The notes beneath the pieces were generated by a model. It was not told the DNA's origin. It made no database searches and worked only from the letters and a program-made list of their open reading frames with translations. Shown here piece after piece: positions 17,836-28,323 of a stretch of 64,000 nt of DNA (the first letter of the stretch is position 1; every line of letters begins with the position of its first letter). A program made the translations under genes and the position numbers. The stretch is from an uncultured Veillonellaceae bacterium (GTDB lineage Bacteria; Bacillota; Negativicutes; JARBTT01): assembly GCA_963805085.1 (NCBI GenBank), contig CAWDTA010000003.1:1-64000 (forward strand), read 5' to 3'.

Positions 17836-19833
17836 ATGGAAGTTTTACGATCTGTTTGTCCGTATGATTGCCCTGATACATGTGGATTACTTGTTCATGT
17901 CGAGGATGGGAAGGCTGTCAAAGTGCAGGGTGATCCTGAACATCATTTTACTAGAGGGTCTCTTTGCCCTAAAATGGCGCATTATGAAAGAAGCGTTCAT
18001 TCTGAGAAAAGGATTCAAACCCCACTGCTTCGAACAGGGACAAAAGGAAGCGGTGCGTTTGTACCGATTTCTTGGGAGGAAGCGATTGAACATATCCGTA
18101 GAAGATGGACTGAAATCATTGATCAATATGGAGCTGAAGCAATACTGCCTTATTCCTATGCGGGAACGATGGGACTGGTTCAGCGGAATGCCGGACATCC
18201 ATTTTTTTATAGTTTAGGTGCAGCACGACTTGAGCGGACGATATGTTCATCGGCAAAAGGATATGGTTGGAATGCGGTCATGGGACAGACGATGGCACCG
18301 CATACAAACGAAATCCATAGTAGTGATCTAATTATTCTGTGGGGCATTCATGCGATGGCAACGAATATTCATATTATGCAGGACATAAATATTGCCAAAA
18401 GAAACGGCGCCAAGGTATGGCTCATTGATACGTATGAAACAAGTACGGCGAAAATTGCTGATCAAGTTATTGTTGTTCGACCTGGGACAGATGGTGCGTT
18501 AGCGCTAGGCATGATGCATGTAATAGAACGGGAAAACTTAGTTGATCATGCATTTATTCAGCAATATGTGCAAGGGTATGAAGAACTAAGAACGACTGTT
18601 TTGCCGAATTATTCTCCGGAAGTAGTTAGTGAGATTACGGGGATTTCAGTTGCTGTCATTGAAGATATGGCCAGACAGTATGCGAAAGCGCAAGGACCAT
18701 TTATTCGTCTAGGAAGTGGTCTATCACGGTATGAAAACGGTGCAATGACCGTGCGCACAATTACCTGTTTGCCTGGAATCGTTGGGGCATGGGGTAAAAC
18801 TGGCGGTGGCTTATTTGGGGGGACATCTACCGCAAGTGCACTTGATACGTCACTTATTACTCGCGAAGATTTTCAGGAGAAAACAACGCGGATGATTAAT
18901 ATGAATCAATTAGGTCAGGCGTTGAATACGCAAACTGGGCCGATCATGAGTCTGTATGTATATGCTTCAAATCCGGCTGCTGTAGCACCTGATCAGAATC
19001 GGGTGCTAGAAGGTTTGGCACGGGAAGATCTTTTTACTGTGGTTCACGAGCGCTTTATGACTGATACGGCAAAATATGCTGATCTTATTCTACCAGCAAC
19101 TACTTCTTTAGAGCATAGTGATCTGTATCGTGCATATGGGCATTATGGGATACAAAGAGCCTACGGTGTTATTTCGCCCGTAGGGCAAGCAAAACCAAAT
19201 TGGGAAGTGTTTTGTTTGTTAGCGGAAGCTATGGGAATACATAAACCTTTCTTTAAACAGTCAGCGGATGATTTGATAAATAGTATTTTAGCCAATCCGT
19301 CTCCATGGCTGTCAGATGCTTTGCTGAAATCTTTGTTTGAAGGGCGACCAATTGAATTGCCTTTGCCTGAGGGGTATAAGATGGAGTTTAAGACACTTTC
19401 GGGAAAAATCGAAATTCTAAATCCGCGTGAAGATAGCCTATTGCCAGAATATAAAAAACCTCATGGAGATCGTGCAGCGTTCTGGTTCATTAATTCACCC
19501 GATGTCCGTTTATTAAACTCATCTTTTAACGAAAGAGCAGATTTAATAAAAAACAATAAAATGATACTACAAATGAATCCGGAGGATGCTAGTAATCTAA
19601 GCTTAATCGACGACCAGCCTGTTATTGCTTATAATGAGCGGGGTGAGGTGAAGTTTACGCTGAAAATTACGGATAAAGTTCCGAATGGTGTTGTCGTTGC
19701 CGAGGGCGTTTGGTCAATAGAAAATACTACTGGCAATCGTTCCGCCAATGCGCTTACTTCTCAGCGTTTTACAGATCAAGGTAAGGGAAGTACTTTTTAT
19801 GATGTTAAAGTAGATGTAAAAGCAGAGGCTTGA
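17836..19833 (+). CDS. molybdopterin oxidoreductase (bis-MGD family, 4Fe-4S N-terminus)
   Basis: CPYDCPDTC...LCPK and FMTDTAKYADLILPA motifs. ATG 17836 follows an AGGGGG RBS. Confidence 0.9.
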   Translation: MEVLRSVCPYDCPDTCGLLVHVEDGKAVKVQGDPEHHFTRGSLCPKMAHYERSVHSEKRIQTPLLRTGTKGSGAFVPISWEEAIEHIRRRWTEIIDQYGAEAILPYSYAGTMGLVQRNAGHPFFYSLGAARLERTICSSAKGYGWNAVMGQTMAPHTNEIHSSDLIILWGIHAMATNIHIMQDINIAKRNGAKVWLIDTYETSTAKIADQVIVVRPGTDGALALGMMHVIERENLVDHAFIQQYVQGYEELRTTVLPNYSPEVVSEITGISVAVIEDMARQYAKAQGPFIRLGSGLSRYENGAMTVRTITCLPGIVGAWGKTGGGLFGGTSTASALDTSLITREDFQEKTTRMINMNQLGQALNTQTGPIMSLYVYASNPAAVAPDQNRVLEGLAREDLFTVVHERFMTDTAKYADLILPATTSLEHSDLYRAYGHYGIQRAYGVISPVGQAKPNWEVFCLLAEAMGIHKPFFKQSADDLINSILANPSPWLSDALLKSLFEGRPIELPLPEGYKMEFKTLSGKIEILNPREDSLLPEYKKPHGDRAAFWFINSPDVRLLNSSFNERADLIKNNKMILQMNPEDASNLSLIDDQPVIAYNERGEVKFTLKITDKVPNGVVVAEGVWSIENTTGNRSANALTSQRFTDQGKGSTFYDVKVDVKAEA

Positions 19834-19967
19834 TCGGTACATAATACTATTGAATAGTTATATCAAAAATATAAAAACAGGCTTCAAATTCTTGCATAAT
19901 GCTGAACTGAAGCCTGTTTTTATATTTTTAATTGCTAAAGTATAAACGTAATATAGTTTCTTTTTTA

Positions 19968-20690
19968 TTAATGTAATTGAAATGATATTGGTTGGACAAT
20001 GGTACAGGCAATGGGTTGGCCAGTACTTAGATTTTTTGCCGGAATAAATTGCCATTGTTCTACAGCTGCGATAGCAGCGTCATCTAAGATCGGATAACCG
20101 CTAGAGCGGGCAATGGATACTTCGCCAGTTCTCCCACTTGCTAGTATTTGAATTTTCACTACAACGGTACCTTCGAGGTTCTCTTGTCTAGCTGTAGGAG
20201 GATAGGCAGGATTTACTTTAGAAAGAATGCTTGGTTTAGCGATGCCATTCAATGACGATCCTACATTCCCTCCACCTGTACTAGCAGCTGACCCAGCAGA
20301 ACCACTGACGGATTCTCCTCCTATATTGCTTGCGCTAGACTGCCGTACTGTTGAAGCCGCTTCTGAAACCTCTGAAATATCAGCGTCAGTCATGGTTAAT
20401 GTGCTGGTAGTGACTGCTGGTGTTATCGCAGATTCTAGTTGACTAGGCTCGAAAGAACGGGTTGGAGCTGCTGCCATCGATTGTGAGATGCTAGGTGCTT
20501 GCTCTGTTTTTTGTTCCTTGAAATCAGAGTTAGTAGGATCAGAGTCTAGGGTCATTTCGATAAAAGTTTCCTCAGGTTCTTCAGGCGCGGCTGTTAATCC
20601 AGCAGTGAAATAGCCAAGCACCGGTAGCATCAAGAGATGGAGAAAAAGCGATACGATCATGGCTTTTTTCCACTTAACTGTATAGATCAT
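19968..20690 (-). CDS. tonB: energy transducer TonB
   Basis: N-terminal TM with His, and C-terminal PAYP...EGTV...SSGYPILDDAA...WQFIPA. Confidence 0.9.
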   Translation of the reverse strand: MIYTVKWKKAMIVSLFLHLLMLPVLGYFTAGLTAAPEEPEETFIEMTLDSDPTNSDFKEQKTEQAPSISQSMAAAPTRSFEPSQLESAITPAVTTSTLTMTDADISEVSEAASTVRQSSASNIGGESVSGSAGSAASTGGGNVGSSLNGIAKPSILSKVNPAYPPTARQENLEGTVVVKIQILASGRTGEVSIARSSGYPILDDAAIAAVEQWQFIPAKNLSTGQPIACTIVQPISFQLH

Positions 20691-20696
20691 AGTCGT

Positions 20697-21101
20697 TTAC
20701 CTCTTCTCTACAGCAACCGAAACTTTTTGAGCGCCTGCTTGTTTCAGAGAATCTAGGACAGCGATGATTTGACCATACGCCACGTCTTTATCACCACGTA
20801 GCACAAAAATAGGGTCAGGATTTTTTCCGAGTTCAAGGGCGACACGTTTTGCTAGAATATTGGCAGGTATTTCCTCGCTGTCGAATAATATGTTGCCACT
20901 AGATTGTACGGTGAGAGAAATGCTTTTTGTGGTATCGTGCTGAGCCGTTGAGGCTTGTGGCAGATTCACAGGCAGCGTATGCTGCTGAACCATGGACAAA
21001 GTGCTAATCATAAAGAATACAAGCAGAAAGAAAATAATATCAATCATTGGAATGACCATAAGTTGTGGTTGGTTTTCTATACGAAGATTACGCAATTTCA
21101 T
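20697..21101 (-). CDS. exbD: ExbD/TolR
   Basis: PMIDIIFFLLVFFM, VNLP and RGDKDVAYG motifs. Confidence 0.92.
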   Translation of the reverse strand: MKLRNLRIENQPQLMVIPMIDIIFFLLVFFMISTLSMVQQHTLPVNLPQASTAQHDTTKSISLTVQSSGNILFDSEEIPANILAKRVALELGKNPDPIFVLRGDKDVAYGQIIAVLDSLKQAGAQKVSVAVEKR

Positions 21102-21738
21102 GTGAATCTCTCCGTCCGGTCTTTTTTATGGAAGTGCTACTTACGATGAAGGCTACTATTTGCTCAATTTCAGTGATTAGGCGATTGACTTTGCGGGAAA
21201 AAGCATTATGGAGCAGAAGAGCCAGCGTAGCAATGCTGAGTCCTGTCGCGGTTGCGACAAGTGCTTCTCCGACCCCACCAGTAATCGCCATAGGCTGACC
21301 CGTTTGTACTTGGAGAACGCTGAAGGATTGTATCATCCCAATGACTGTTCCCAAGAGACCTAAGAGCGGCGAAAGGGTAACAATCATACTCAAATCATCG
21401 AGTCTTTCGCGCATACGAGCTGCGGCGAGTGAAGCTGCGCTTTCTAATGCAGTTTCTAGTTTGCGGCCTTGCTGAAATGCTTGTAGGCCAGCAATTGCAA
21501 TGCCTGCCAAAACATTAGGGCTAGTTTGTTCACAAAGCTCGGTCGCTTCTGGAAAACGACCTTTTTCTAATAAAAGTTTAAATTGTTGCTGAAATTCAGA
21601 TAAGTTTTTCGTAATGTTTCTGAAGTATAATAGTCTTTCGACCGCGATAGCCACGGCAAAAAAAGAGCAGGCAGCCATAATGTACATGATTGGACCACCT
21701 TGATGAAATAAATGAATGGTTTGGTTTATAAGTTCCAT
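21088..21738 (-). CDS. exbB: ExbB/MotA/TolQ proton channel
   Basis: SPLLGLLGTVIGMI and GVGEALVATATGL motifs. Confidence 0.92.
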   Translation of the reverse strand: MELINQTIHLFHQGGPIMYIMAACSFFAVAIAVERLLYFRNITKNLSEFQQQFKLLLEKGRFPEATELCEQTSPNVLAGIAIAGLQAFQQGRKLETALESAASLAAARMRERLDDLSMIVTLSPLLGLLGTVIGMIQSFSVLQVQTGQPMAITGGVGEALVATATGLSIATLALLLHNAFSRKVNRLITEIEQIVAFIVSSTSIKKTGRRDSHEIA

Positions 21739-21820
21739 AATAATCTCCTTTTATGTAATATTTAAAATTTTTACGTAGAACAAAAATTCTTGTTCTACGT
21801 ATTTTGCTATATGGGGTATA

Positions 21821-22648
21821 TCATTTAGAAATGACACTTTGTTTAGAATTCCGAACAATGCTAGGCGAGAAGCCTGTTCGTTTTTTAAACAATCGACTGA
21901 AATAATATGGATCGCTGTAGCCTACATGTGCTGAGACTTCTGCAACGGAACACTTGCTATGGCAAAGAAGCTCATGAGCACGGTGAATTCTGTAATCGAT
22001 TAAATATTCATTAGGACTTACACCTGTATATTTGTGAAATAAATAGGCGAACTGTTTAGTTTTTAGACCATAATGTTCTGCTAACTTAGGAATGGTTACA
22101 GGATTCATATAGTGCGTTGTGATAAAGTTCATTGCTTGATCGACGAGTGTGCGTGAATTTTGGTGGTTGGGGTTGCTCATAGCGGGTAAACTTTCATTTA
22201 AGACATCAAATAAAAATTTTTTTGCTTTTTGCTTGATAAACTGGTTAGGAATGGCGCACTGTAAATACATTTGTAGTAATATTTCGTGTAGCCGAGGGCT
22301 AAACCTAGCATCTACCTCATAATGACAGAGGTAATATTGTGTCGCATCACTTTCTGTTTGTAGTTCATATTGAATTACAATATAGTCCCAATACGCATCG
22401 CCTATAACTTCTTTATCTAAAGACATATTTGGTCCAAAATGAAAAATTTTGCCTTGTTCCATTTCATAAGGAACTTGGTTAAAAAACATACGAGCTCGCC
22501 CGTGCAGAGGAAATACGAGCCCAGAAAATGGTGGAGTAGTTATGCCAAAACATTTACCGCCGGGAGCAATTACACCACGACGAACATTTACAATGTGGAA
22601 CTCTAACATAGAAAAATAGTTTACCAGTTCATGGATCTCCACTTTCAT
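21821..22648 (-). CDS. AraC-family regulator
   Basis: C-terminal VGYSDPYYFSRLFKKRTGFSP; divergent from the siderophore receptor. Confidence 0.9.
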   Translation of the reverse strand: MKVEIHELVNYFSMLEFHIVNVRRGVIAPGGKCFGITTPPFSGLVFPLHGRARMFFNQVPYEMEQGKIFHFGPNMSLDKEVIGDAYWDYIVIQYELQTESDATQYYLCHYEVDARFSPRLHEILLQMYLQCAIPNQFIKQKAKKFLFDVLNESLPAMSNPNHQNSRTLVDQAMNFITTHYMNPVTIPKLAEHYGLKTKQFAYLFHKYTGVSPNEYLIDYRIHRAHELLCHSKCSVAEVSAHVGYSDPYYFSRLFKKRTGFSPSIVRNSKQSVISK

Positions 22649-22681
22649 GTTGTAACACACTCCTTTCAATTACAATTCATT

Positions 22682-22702
22682 TGAAAATGATAATCGTTAT
22701 CA
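22682..22702. promoter_or_regulatory. Fur box upstream of araC-exbBD-tonB
   Basis: TGAAAATGATAATCGTTATCA matches the 7-1-7 TGATAAT-N-ATTATCA pattern. Confidence 0.75.
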
Positions 22703-22814
22703 AAATACCAGAAAAAAATAACTTTGTCAATACTTATAGCTAAAGTATTTCTTTTCTTAACAAATTGACTAATGAAGTGGGAAAAAGTGCAGGTTTTTTT
22801 ATAAAATGGTCTAT

Positions 22815-22876
22815 TTACATTTTTACTAGAGCTTGATACACTACCGATACATAAATAATATTGATAACCATTATCA
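22815..22876 (+). promoter_or_regulatory. sigmaA-type promoter (TTTACA-17-TACACT) and Fur box TGATAACCATTATCA
   Basis: Motifs read directly upstream of the receptor RBS. Confidence 0.7.
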
Positions 22877-22893
22877 AAAAAGGAGAATTAAGA

Positions 22894-25137
22894 GTGTTAC
22901 ATAAAATGTCTTATCACAAAAAGAAACTTTTATATACGTTGATTGGCAGTGCATTGATATTACAATCACCGTTAACGGGGTATGCAGCAGAAGCAGAGAA
23001 CGAGAATACATCGGCTAAAGCAGAAGAAAAGGCAGCAGAGACTGCTACGACCAAAACCAATGAAAATGAATTTACCTTTCAAGGGTTAACTGTTTTATCA
23101 AAGCGAGAAAAAAAGAAAAAATCAGGTATCGTTGAGTCCTATGCAGGTGGGCAAGTGGCCAAAAGTGCAAATTTAGGAATATTAGGCAACACCGATATCT
23201 TAGATACGCCGTTTAATATTACGAGTTACACGAAAAAAACAATAGAAGATCAGCAGGCACATACGCTTGCTGATGTAATGATGAATGATGCCTCGGTTCG
23301 TTTTACGACTTCGAATGGCCATATGAGTGAAAACTTTACGATTCGTGGGTTTGAGGTAAACGAGACTGAGATTGCTTTAAATGGGATGTATGGTCTTGCG
23401 CCGGGACATCATGTACCGACGGAATTTTTAGAACGTGTCGAGGTACTCAAAGGTCCGAGTGCGCTTTTATATGGAATGTCGCCTGGTGGAGCCGTGGGCG
23501 GGACGGTGAATGTCGTAACGAAAACAGCAGATGAGGAACCCTTGACAAGAGTGACGACAGAATATACGTCCAGTTTGAATAAAGGCGTTCATTTGGATCT
23601 CGGTCGCCGTTTCGGTGAAAATAAAGAATGGGGCATGCGGATCAATGTAGCCAAAAGCGATGGTGCAACAGGCGTAGAGAATCAAGAAAAAGCCCGTACT
23701 TTTGGGTCAATCAATTTAGATTATCAAGCCGAAAGATTTAGGGCTTATTTGGATGCATTTAGTAATAAGGAAAATTTTACGGGCGGTTCGTCTGCGATGT
23801 TTGGATTTTCGAGTTCGGCGACTAGTGTTCCTGAAGCGCCAGATGGAGATACAAATTTATTTGCGGGAGCAGATAGCGAGGTAAATAATAGGGGGGCAAT
23901 GCTTCGCAGTGAGTATGATCTCAATGAAAATCTGACAGCATATGCAAATATTGGATATTTAAAAGAGAACTATAAAGGTTTTATCAATGGTACCCGATCG
24001 AATAGTACAGATGCATTGGGTAATTATACTGGCCGAACGTATTATCTCAGGGGCTATAAGGATGCCGTGTCATCAGAGGTTGGATTGCGGCAAAAATTTA
24101 CGACTGGAGCCATTGATCATCAGATGGTATTGAGTGCAACTAAAGTTGATATCGAAAGCGGTACAATAAATAAAGCATCGGCTACCTATGCTTCAAATAT
24201 TTATGATCCGGTAACGCCTATTTTGGCGACTGACCCAGGCGCAGCACCTAAGACAAGTGAAAATACGCTTACCAGTGTCGCTTTGGCAGATACTTTATCC
24301 TTTAATGAAGATAAATACAAATTGATACTAGGTGTGCGCAATCAACAGGTTGATTCAAAAAGTTACAGTGCTACGACTGGTGCCTTGACGAAAAGTTATA
24401 GTAAAAATTCCGTTACGCCTGCGGTTGCTTTTGTCGTGAAACCATGGGCCGATAAATCTGTGTCGCTATATGCCAATTATATCGAAGGGTTAAGTGCAGG
24501 TGAGACGGTAAGCGATACAAGTGCCGACAATTACGGGGAAGTACTAGCGCCTTATAAGACAAAACAATCAGAAATTGGTGTAAAATGGGATGCTGGGCAG
24601 TATGCAAATACGCTAAGTGTATTTCAAATCAAAAAACCTAGTGCTTATTTAGATAGCACTACCAATATTTACGATACGAATGGCATGCAGCGCAATCAAG
24701 GTGTAGAATGGAGTACCTTTGGAAAAATCAGTGATAATGTGCGCCTATTAGGTGGTGTAACCTATATGCGCGGGAAGCTGACAGAAACTCAAAATGGGAA
24801 GAATGAGGACAATACCGTGCATGGCGTGCCAAAATGGCAGGCAAATGTTGGTTTTGAATTCGATTCTACCAGCGTACAAGGATTAAGCTTTAATACTCGT
24901 GCCGTGTATACAGGTTCGCAGTATGTAAGTGATACGAATCTAGCGAAGATTCCTAGCTGGGTTCGTTATGATGCCGGTATGCAATATAAAACTTCCATGC
25001 AAGGCAATCCGGCGACTTTCCGTTTCAATGTAGAAAACTTATTGAATAAAAATTATTGGTCTGGCACATTTAATGATGGCTATCTCACAGTGGGGAACGG
25101 TCGCACTTATAAATTATCCATGACGATAGATCTTTAA
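22894..25137 (+). CDS. TonB-dependent siderophore receptor
   Basis: Signal peptide, DTPFNITSY, ERVEVLKGPSALLYG and NVENLLNKNYW motifs. GTG start after AAGGAG. Confidence 0.93.
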   Translation: MLHKMSYHKKKLLYTLIGSALILQSPLTGYAAEAENENTSAKAEEKAAETATTKTNENEFTFQGLTVLSKREKKKKSGIVESYAGGQVAKSANLGILGNTDILDTPFNITSYTKKTIEDQQAHTLADVMMNDASVRFTTSNGHMSENFTIRGFEVNETEIALNGMYGLAPGHHVPTEFLERVEVLKGPSALLYGMSPGGAVGGTVNVVTKTADEEPLTRVTTEYTSSLNKGVHLDLGRRFGENKEWGMRINVAKSDGATGVENQEKARTFGSINLDYQAERFRAYLDAFSNKENFTGGSSAMFGFSSSATSVPEAPDGDTNLFAGADSEVNNRGAMLRSEYDLNENLTAYANIGYLKENYKGFINGTRSNSTDALGNYTGRTYYLRGYKDAVSSEVGLRQKFTTGAIDHQMVLSATKVDIESGTINKASATYASNIYDPVTPILATDPGAAPKTSENTLTSVALADTLSFNEDKYKLILGVRNQQVDSKSYSATTGALTKSYSKNSVTPAVAFVVKPWADKSVSLYANYIEGLSAGETVSDTSADNYGEVLAPYKTKQSEIGVKWDAGQYANTLSVFQIKKPSAYLDSTTNIYDTNGMQRNQGVEWSTFGKISDNVRLLGGVTYMRGKLTETQNGKNEDNTVHGVPKWQANVGFEFDSTSVQGLSFNTRAVYTGSQYVSDTNLAKIPSWVRYDAGMQYKTSMQGNPATFRFNVENLLNKNYWSGTFNDGYLTVGNGRTYKLSMTIDL

Positions 25138-25156
25138 GAAGTAAGGAGGTATAAGC

Positions 25157-25489
25157 TTGCAAAAGATTATGATGACTGCTGAGTGGAAAATCATCAAAGA
25201 ACTGTTTTTTAGCAACCATCCGGCAGTGCAATTGATCCTTCGTTTCATGGCAGCAATCTTTGGCGGTTATGGTCTGACCTATAGCATGATGAAAGCACTC
25301 TCGCTGCTGCTTCCTTTGAAAAAGCATACCGAAACGGTAAGCTTTTGCGAATGGCTATTACCGCTCGTCTACTTAGCGGCTATCATTTGGGCTTTTGCTG
25401 CTGCAAGTGCGCAGTATGCGTGGGAAGTATTGCTGAGCGGAATTGCGATAGTCGGGGCAATTGCATTGCTAGCTAGTTGTTTTCGTTGA
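25157..25489 (+). CDS. small membrane protein (DUF3649-like iron uptake accessory)
   Basis: RFMAAIFGGYGL and IIWAFAA motifs, three TM segments, located between receptor and PepSY gene. Confidence 0.6.
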   Translation: MQKIMMTAEWKIIKELFFSNHPAVQLILRFMAAIFGGYGLTYSMMKALSLLLPLKKHTETVSFCEWLLPLVYLAAIIWAFAAASAQYAWEVLLSGIAIVGAIALLASCFR

Positions 25490-25502
25490 AAGGAGGAATC
25501 GC

Positions 25503-27011
25503 GTGAAAAATTTTATAGTGCACCATACAATGGTGCAGCGAATGCGAGATTTTCATACTTGGGGTGGACTTTTTTTTGGCTGGGTATTATTTATTGTGTT
25601 TTTCACAGGTACGCTTGCAGTATTTGAGCCTGAAATCAGCTATTGGATGAGACCAGAGGTTCGTGTGCAGAATGTAGCTGTGAGCGAATCGCTAGCAGCT
25701 GCAGAAAAAGCTTTGCGTAAAAATGCCGCTGACGCGGATGTATGGTTTGTTATTCTTCCGCAAGGGCGGTCCTCAATGATAGAAATCTCTTGGAAAAAGA
25801 ATGGTCAGACGTTTGATCGATATATTGATCCGACGACTGGTGATGTAATTAAAGGAAGAGGTACAGATGGCGGTGAGTTCTTTTCTCATTTTCACTATGA
25901 GCTGCATCATGAGCATGCAGGAGCTTGGCTGGTAAGTATAGCAGGTCTTATGATGCTGGGGGTGCTTATTTCTGGTATCATGATTCGGCGAAATGTGATC
26001 AAGGATTTCTTTTGTCTGCGTTGGCGGAAAAATTGGCTAAGTGTGCATATGATGACAGGGGTTCTCACTCTGCCGTTTGTCGTCTTGATAACCTATTCAG
26101 GACTGGTAATGACCTTTAAAGATATTATGCCGGTCTCGCTCAATACGTTTTATAAAAATCCCAACGGATTTTGGAACGAATTTTTAGATGGCGTAGAACG
26201 TCCAAAGAGTCAAGAAAAAGTACAAATTTATCCTTTGACTGCGCTGCTTCCAGCTGCGGAAAAGGAACTTGGTGTAGGAAATATTGGATTTGTTCAAATA
26301 CAACAGCCAGATAAGCGGAGTGCTCTCATTAACTTTATGCGGCGGGTAGATGACCGCATGCTAGCGATTACAGATCGAGTCTCTTTTGATGGTGCAACTG
26401 GCGCGTGGCTTGTCAGCAAGACCAAGTGGGATACGCAGGCGACGATTGTGCGTTCATTGGTAGGACTACATATTGGTAAGTTTGGCGGATATCCTATGGC
26501 GTGGGGCTATTTTACCTTGGGCTTGATCGGTTGCGTGATGATTGCTTCGGGACTAGTATTTTTTACGGTAAAAAGGCGGTCCAAGTATGAGCAGGAATGG
26601 GGCAATAAACGTGATTTTTTTCGTGCTGCTGAGGCCATCAATGTAGCTGTAATCACTGGCTGCATCATTGCTTCTATCAGCTATTTATGGGCAAATCGCC
26701 TATTGCCTCTTTCTTTAAAGGAGAGAGCTGACGCAGAGGTCATTGCATTCTTTTTCATTTGGCTGCTCATGTTTATTCATGCATTTTGGCGCACGAAGGA
26801 AAAAGCTTGGGTAGAACAGCTAAAATTGGCCGCTGGGCTCTGTGCTTACTTACCATTGCTCAATGCACTGACGACTTCGGGTGGACTGCCTAAAACACTA
26901 CTTTGTGGTGATTGGATGACCGCTGGAGTTGATCTGACTGCTGCTACGTTGGGACTGGTTCTGTGGGCAGTGGCTTGGATGCTTGAAAAGCGCTGGGGTA
27001 ATACAGGCTGA
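25503..27011 (+). CDS. PepSY-associated TM helix protein (putative ferri-siderophore reductase)
   Basis: HTWGGL...FFTGT, HYELH, HMMTG and LHIGKFGG conserved His motifs. Confidence 0.85.
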   Translation: MKNFIVHHTMVQRMRDFHTWGGLFFGWVLFIVFFTGTLAVFEPEISYWMRPEVRVQNVAVSESLAAAEKALRKNAADADVWFVILPQGRSSMIEISWKKNGQTFDRYIDPTTGDVIKGRGTDGGEFFSHFHYELHHEHAGAWLVSIAGLMMLGVLISGIMIRRNVIKDFFCLRWRKNWLSVHMMTGVLTLPFVVLITYSGLVMTFKDIMPVSLNTFYKNPNGFWNEFLDGVERPKSQEKVQIYPLTALLPAAEKELGVGNIGFVQIQQPDKRSALINFMRRVDDRMLAITDRVSFDGATGAWLVSKTKWDTQATIVRSLVGLHIGKFGGYPMAWGYFTLGLIGCVMIASGLVFFTVKRRSKYEQEWGNKRDFFRAAEAINVAVITGCIIASISYLWANRLLPLSLKERADAEVIAFFFIWLLMFIHAFWRTKEKAWVEQLKLAAGLCAYLPLLNALTTSGGLPKTLLCGDWMTAGVDLTAATLGLVLWAVAWMLEKRWGNTG

Positions 27012-27377
27012 TAATTTGCTTCGTATTAAGATTGGGATAGAAGTATTATTAATAAAATTAAAATAGAGCTCCTGCTAATTTATATAATTTTAGCAGGAGT
27101 TTTTGTACTCTTAGAGGGGGGATAAATAATTTTTTTGTAATAAAGAATGGAGTTATTAAGCTATTTATTGAAAATCACCAAAATAAGGTTTGGAAGGGAC
27201 GGAATGTTTATTCTCTTACCAATCATAATAAACAAATAGGATTGCTAAATGTATTCCTATAAAGTAAAGTATCATAACAGTACATAAATATTTGAGGAAA
27301 AAAGAATTGGAAAAAGGAGAAAAATGTCGTAAAATCTAATTAATGTCCTAAACCAATTTTCTAGGAGGAATACTTAG

Positions 27378-27920
27378 ATGAATTTAAATTTGCTGGACTT
27401 GCAAAGGCGCTTACAAAAAAATGGTGTGCTAATCACTTTCTCTGGTCGCTTTACCCAAGAAATTATTGAGGAGCTTGGGGATGCAGTAAAAAAGTATATG
27501 GAGACAGAATCCACGCAACATAAAACACATGATGTATTTGCTGTTTTTATTGAGCAGACGCAAAATGTGAAAAATTATGCCAGCAGTCAAAGTGAATTTG
27601 CCAATGGTGAAAAAATCGCCAATTCGGGGATTGTTGCAATTGGCAAAGACGCGGAAGGGTACTTTGTGTCTTCAGGAAATATGCTGACTACTACTGATGT
27701 TGAGTTGCTTAAAGATAAGTTAGTTGTGATTACGTCTTTGGATAAGATCGGGCTAAAAAAGCTATATAAGGAACAAATAAAGAAAACTCTTGATCCAGAA
27801 AGTACCGGCGCAGGCCTAGGGCTTATTGATATGGCTCGGCGTGCTAGTGGAAAGCTCCAGTATTCTATACAGGATATTGATGAGCAATTATCATTTTTTA
27901 CTCTTAAGGTTCAAGTGTAG
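27378..27920 (+). CDS. siaB: SiaB-family protein kinase
   Basis: FSGRFTQEIIEELG, FIEQTQNV and GAGLGLIDMARRA motifs. Confidence 0.85.
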   Translation: MNLNLLDLQRRLQKNGVLITFSGRFTQEIIEELGDAVKKYMETESTQHKTHDVFAVFIEQTQNVKNYASSQSEFANGEKIANSGIVAIGKDAEGYFVSSGNMLTTTDVELLKDKLVVITSLDKIGLKKLYKEQIKKTLDPESTGAGLGLIDMARRASGKLQYSIQDIDEQLSFFTLKVQV

Positions 27921-27930
27921 GAGGAAAGAC

Positions 27931-28323
27931 ATGGAAAATTTATGCATAGAGCAAACAAAGTCAACTCCAACCATTCAGTTTGATATTGTGAATAATAAGC
28001 TGAGGATTGAAGGACAATCTTATCCGGAAAATGCCTTTAAGTTTTATGAACCAATTTTTAATTGGTTGGATCAGTATTTGACAGAAATAGATAAAGAAAC
28101 TGTTTTAGAAATATATTTTCATATGCCGTATATAAATACGAGTAGTTCTAAGTGCATTATGATGCTGCTAGAAAAAATGGAAAATGCTTATCAGGAAGGG
28201 CGAAAAGTTGCAATCGAATGGTATTATAATCATGAAGATGAGGCCGCATTGGAGTGCGCAGAAGAGTTTAAGGAAGATCTTATGTTACCGTTTGAGCTTA
28301 TTGTCTTAGATGATGATGAATAA
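27931..28323 (+). CDS. siaC: SiaC-family (DUF1987) phospho-switch protein
   Basis: TPTI, GQSYPENAFKFYEP and YINTSSSK motifs. ATG 27931 follows AGGAGG. Confidence 0.88.
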   Translation: MENLCIEQTKSTPTIQFDIVNNKLRIEGQSYPENAFKFYEPIFNWLDQYLTEIDKETVLEIYFHMPYINTSSSKCIMMLLEKMENAYQEGRKVAIEWYYNHEDEAALECAEEFKEDLMLPFELIVLDDDE

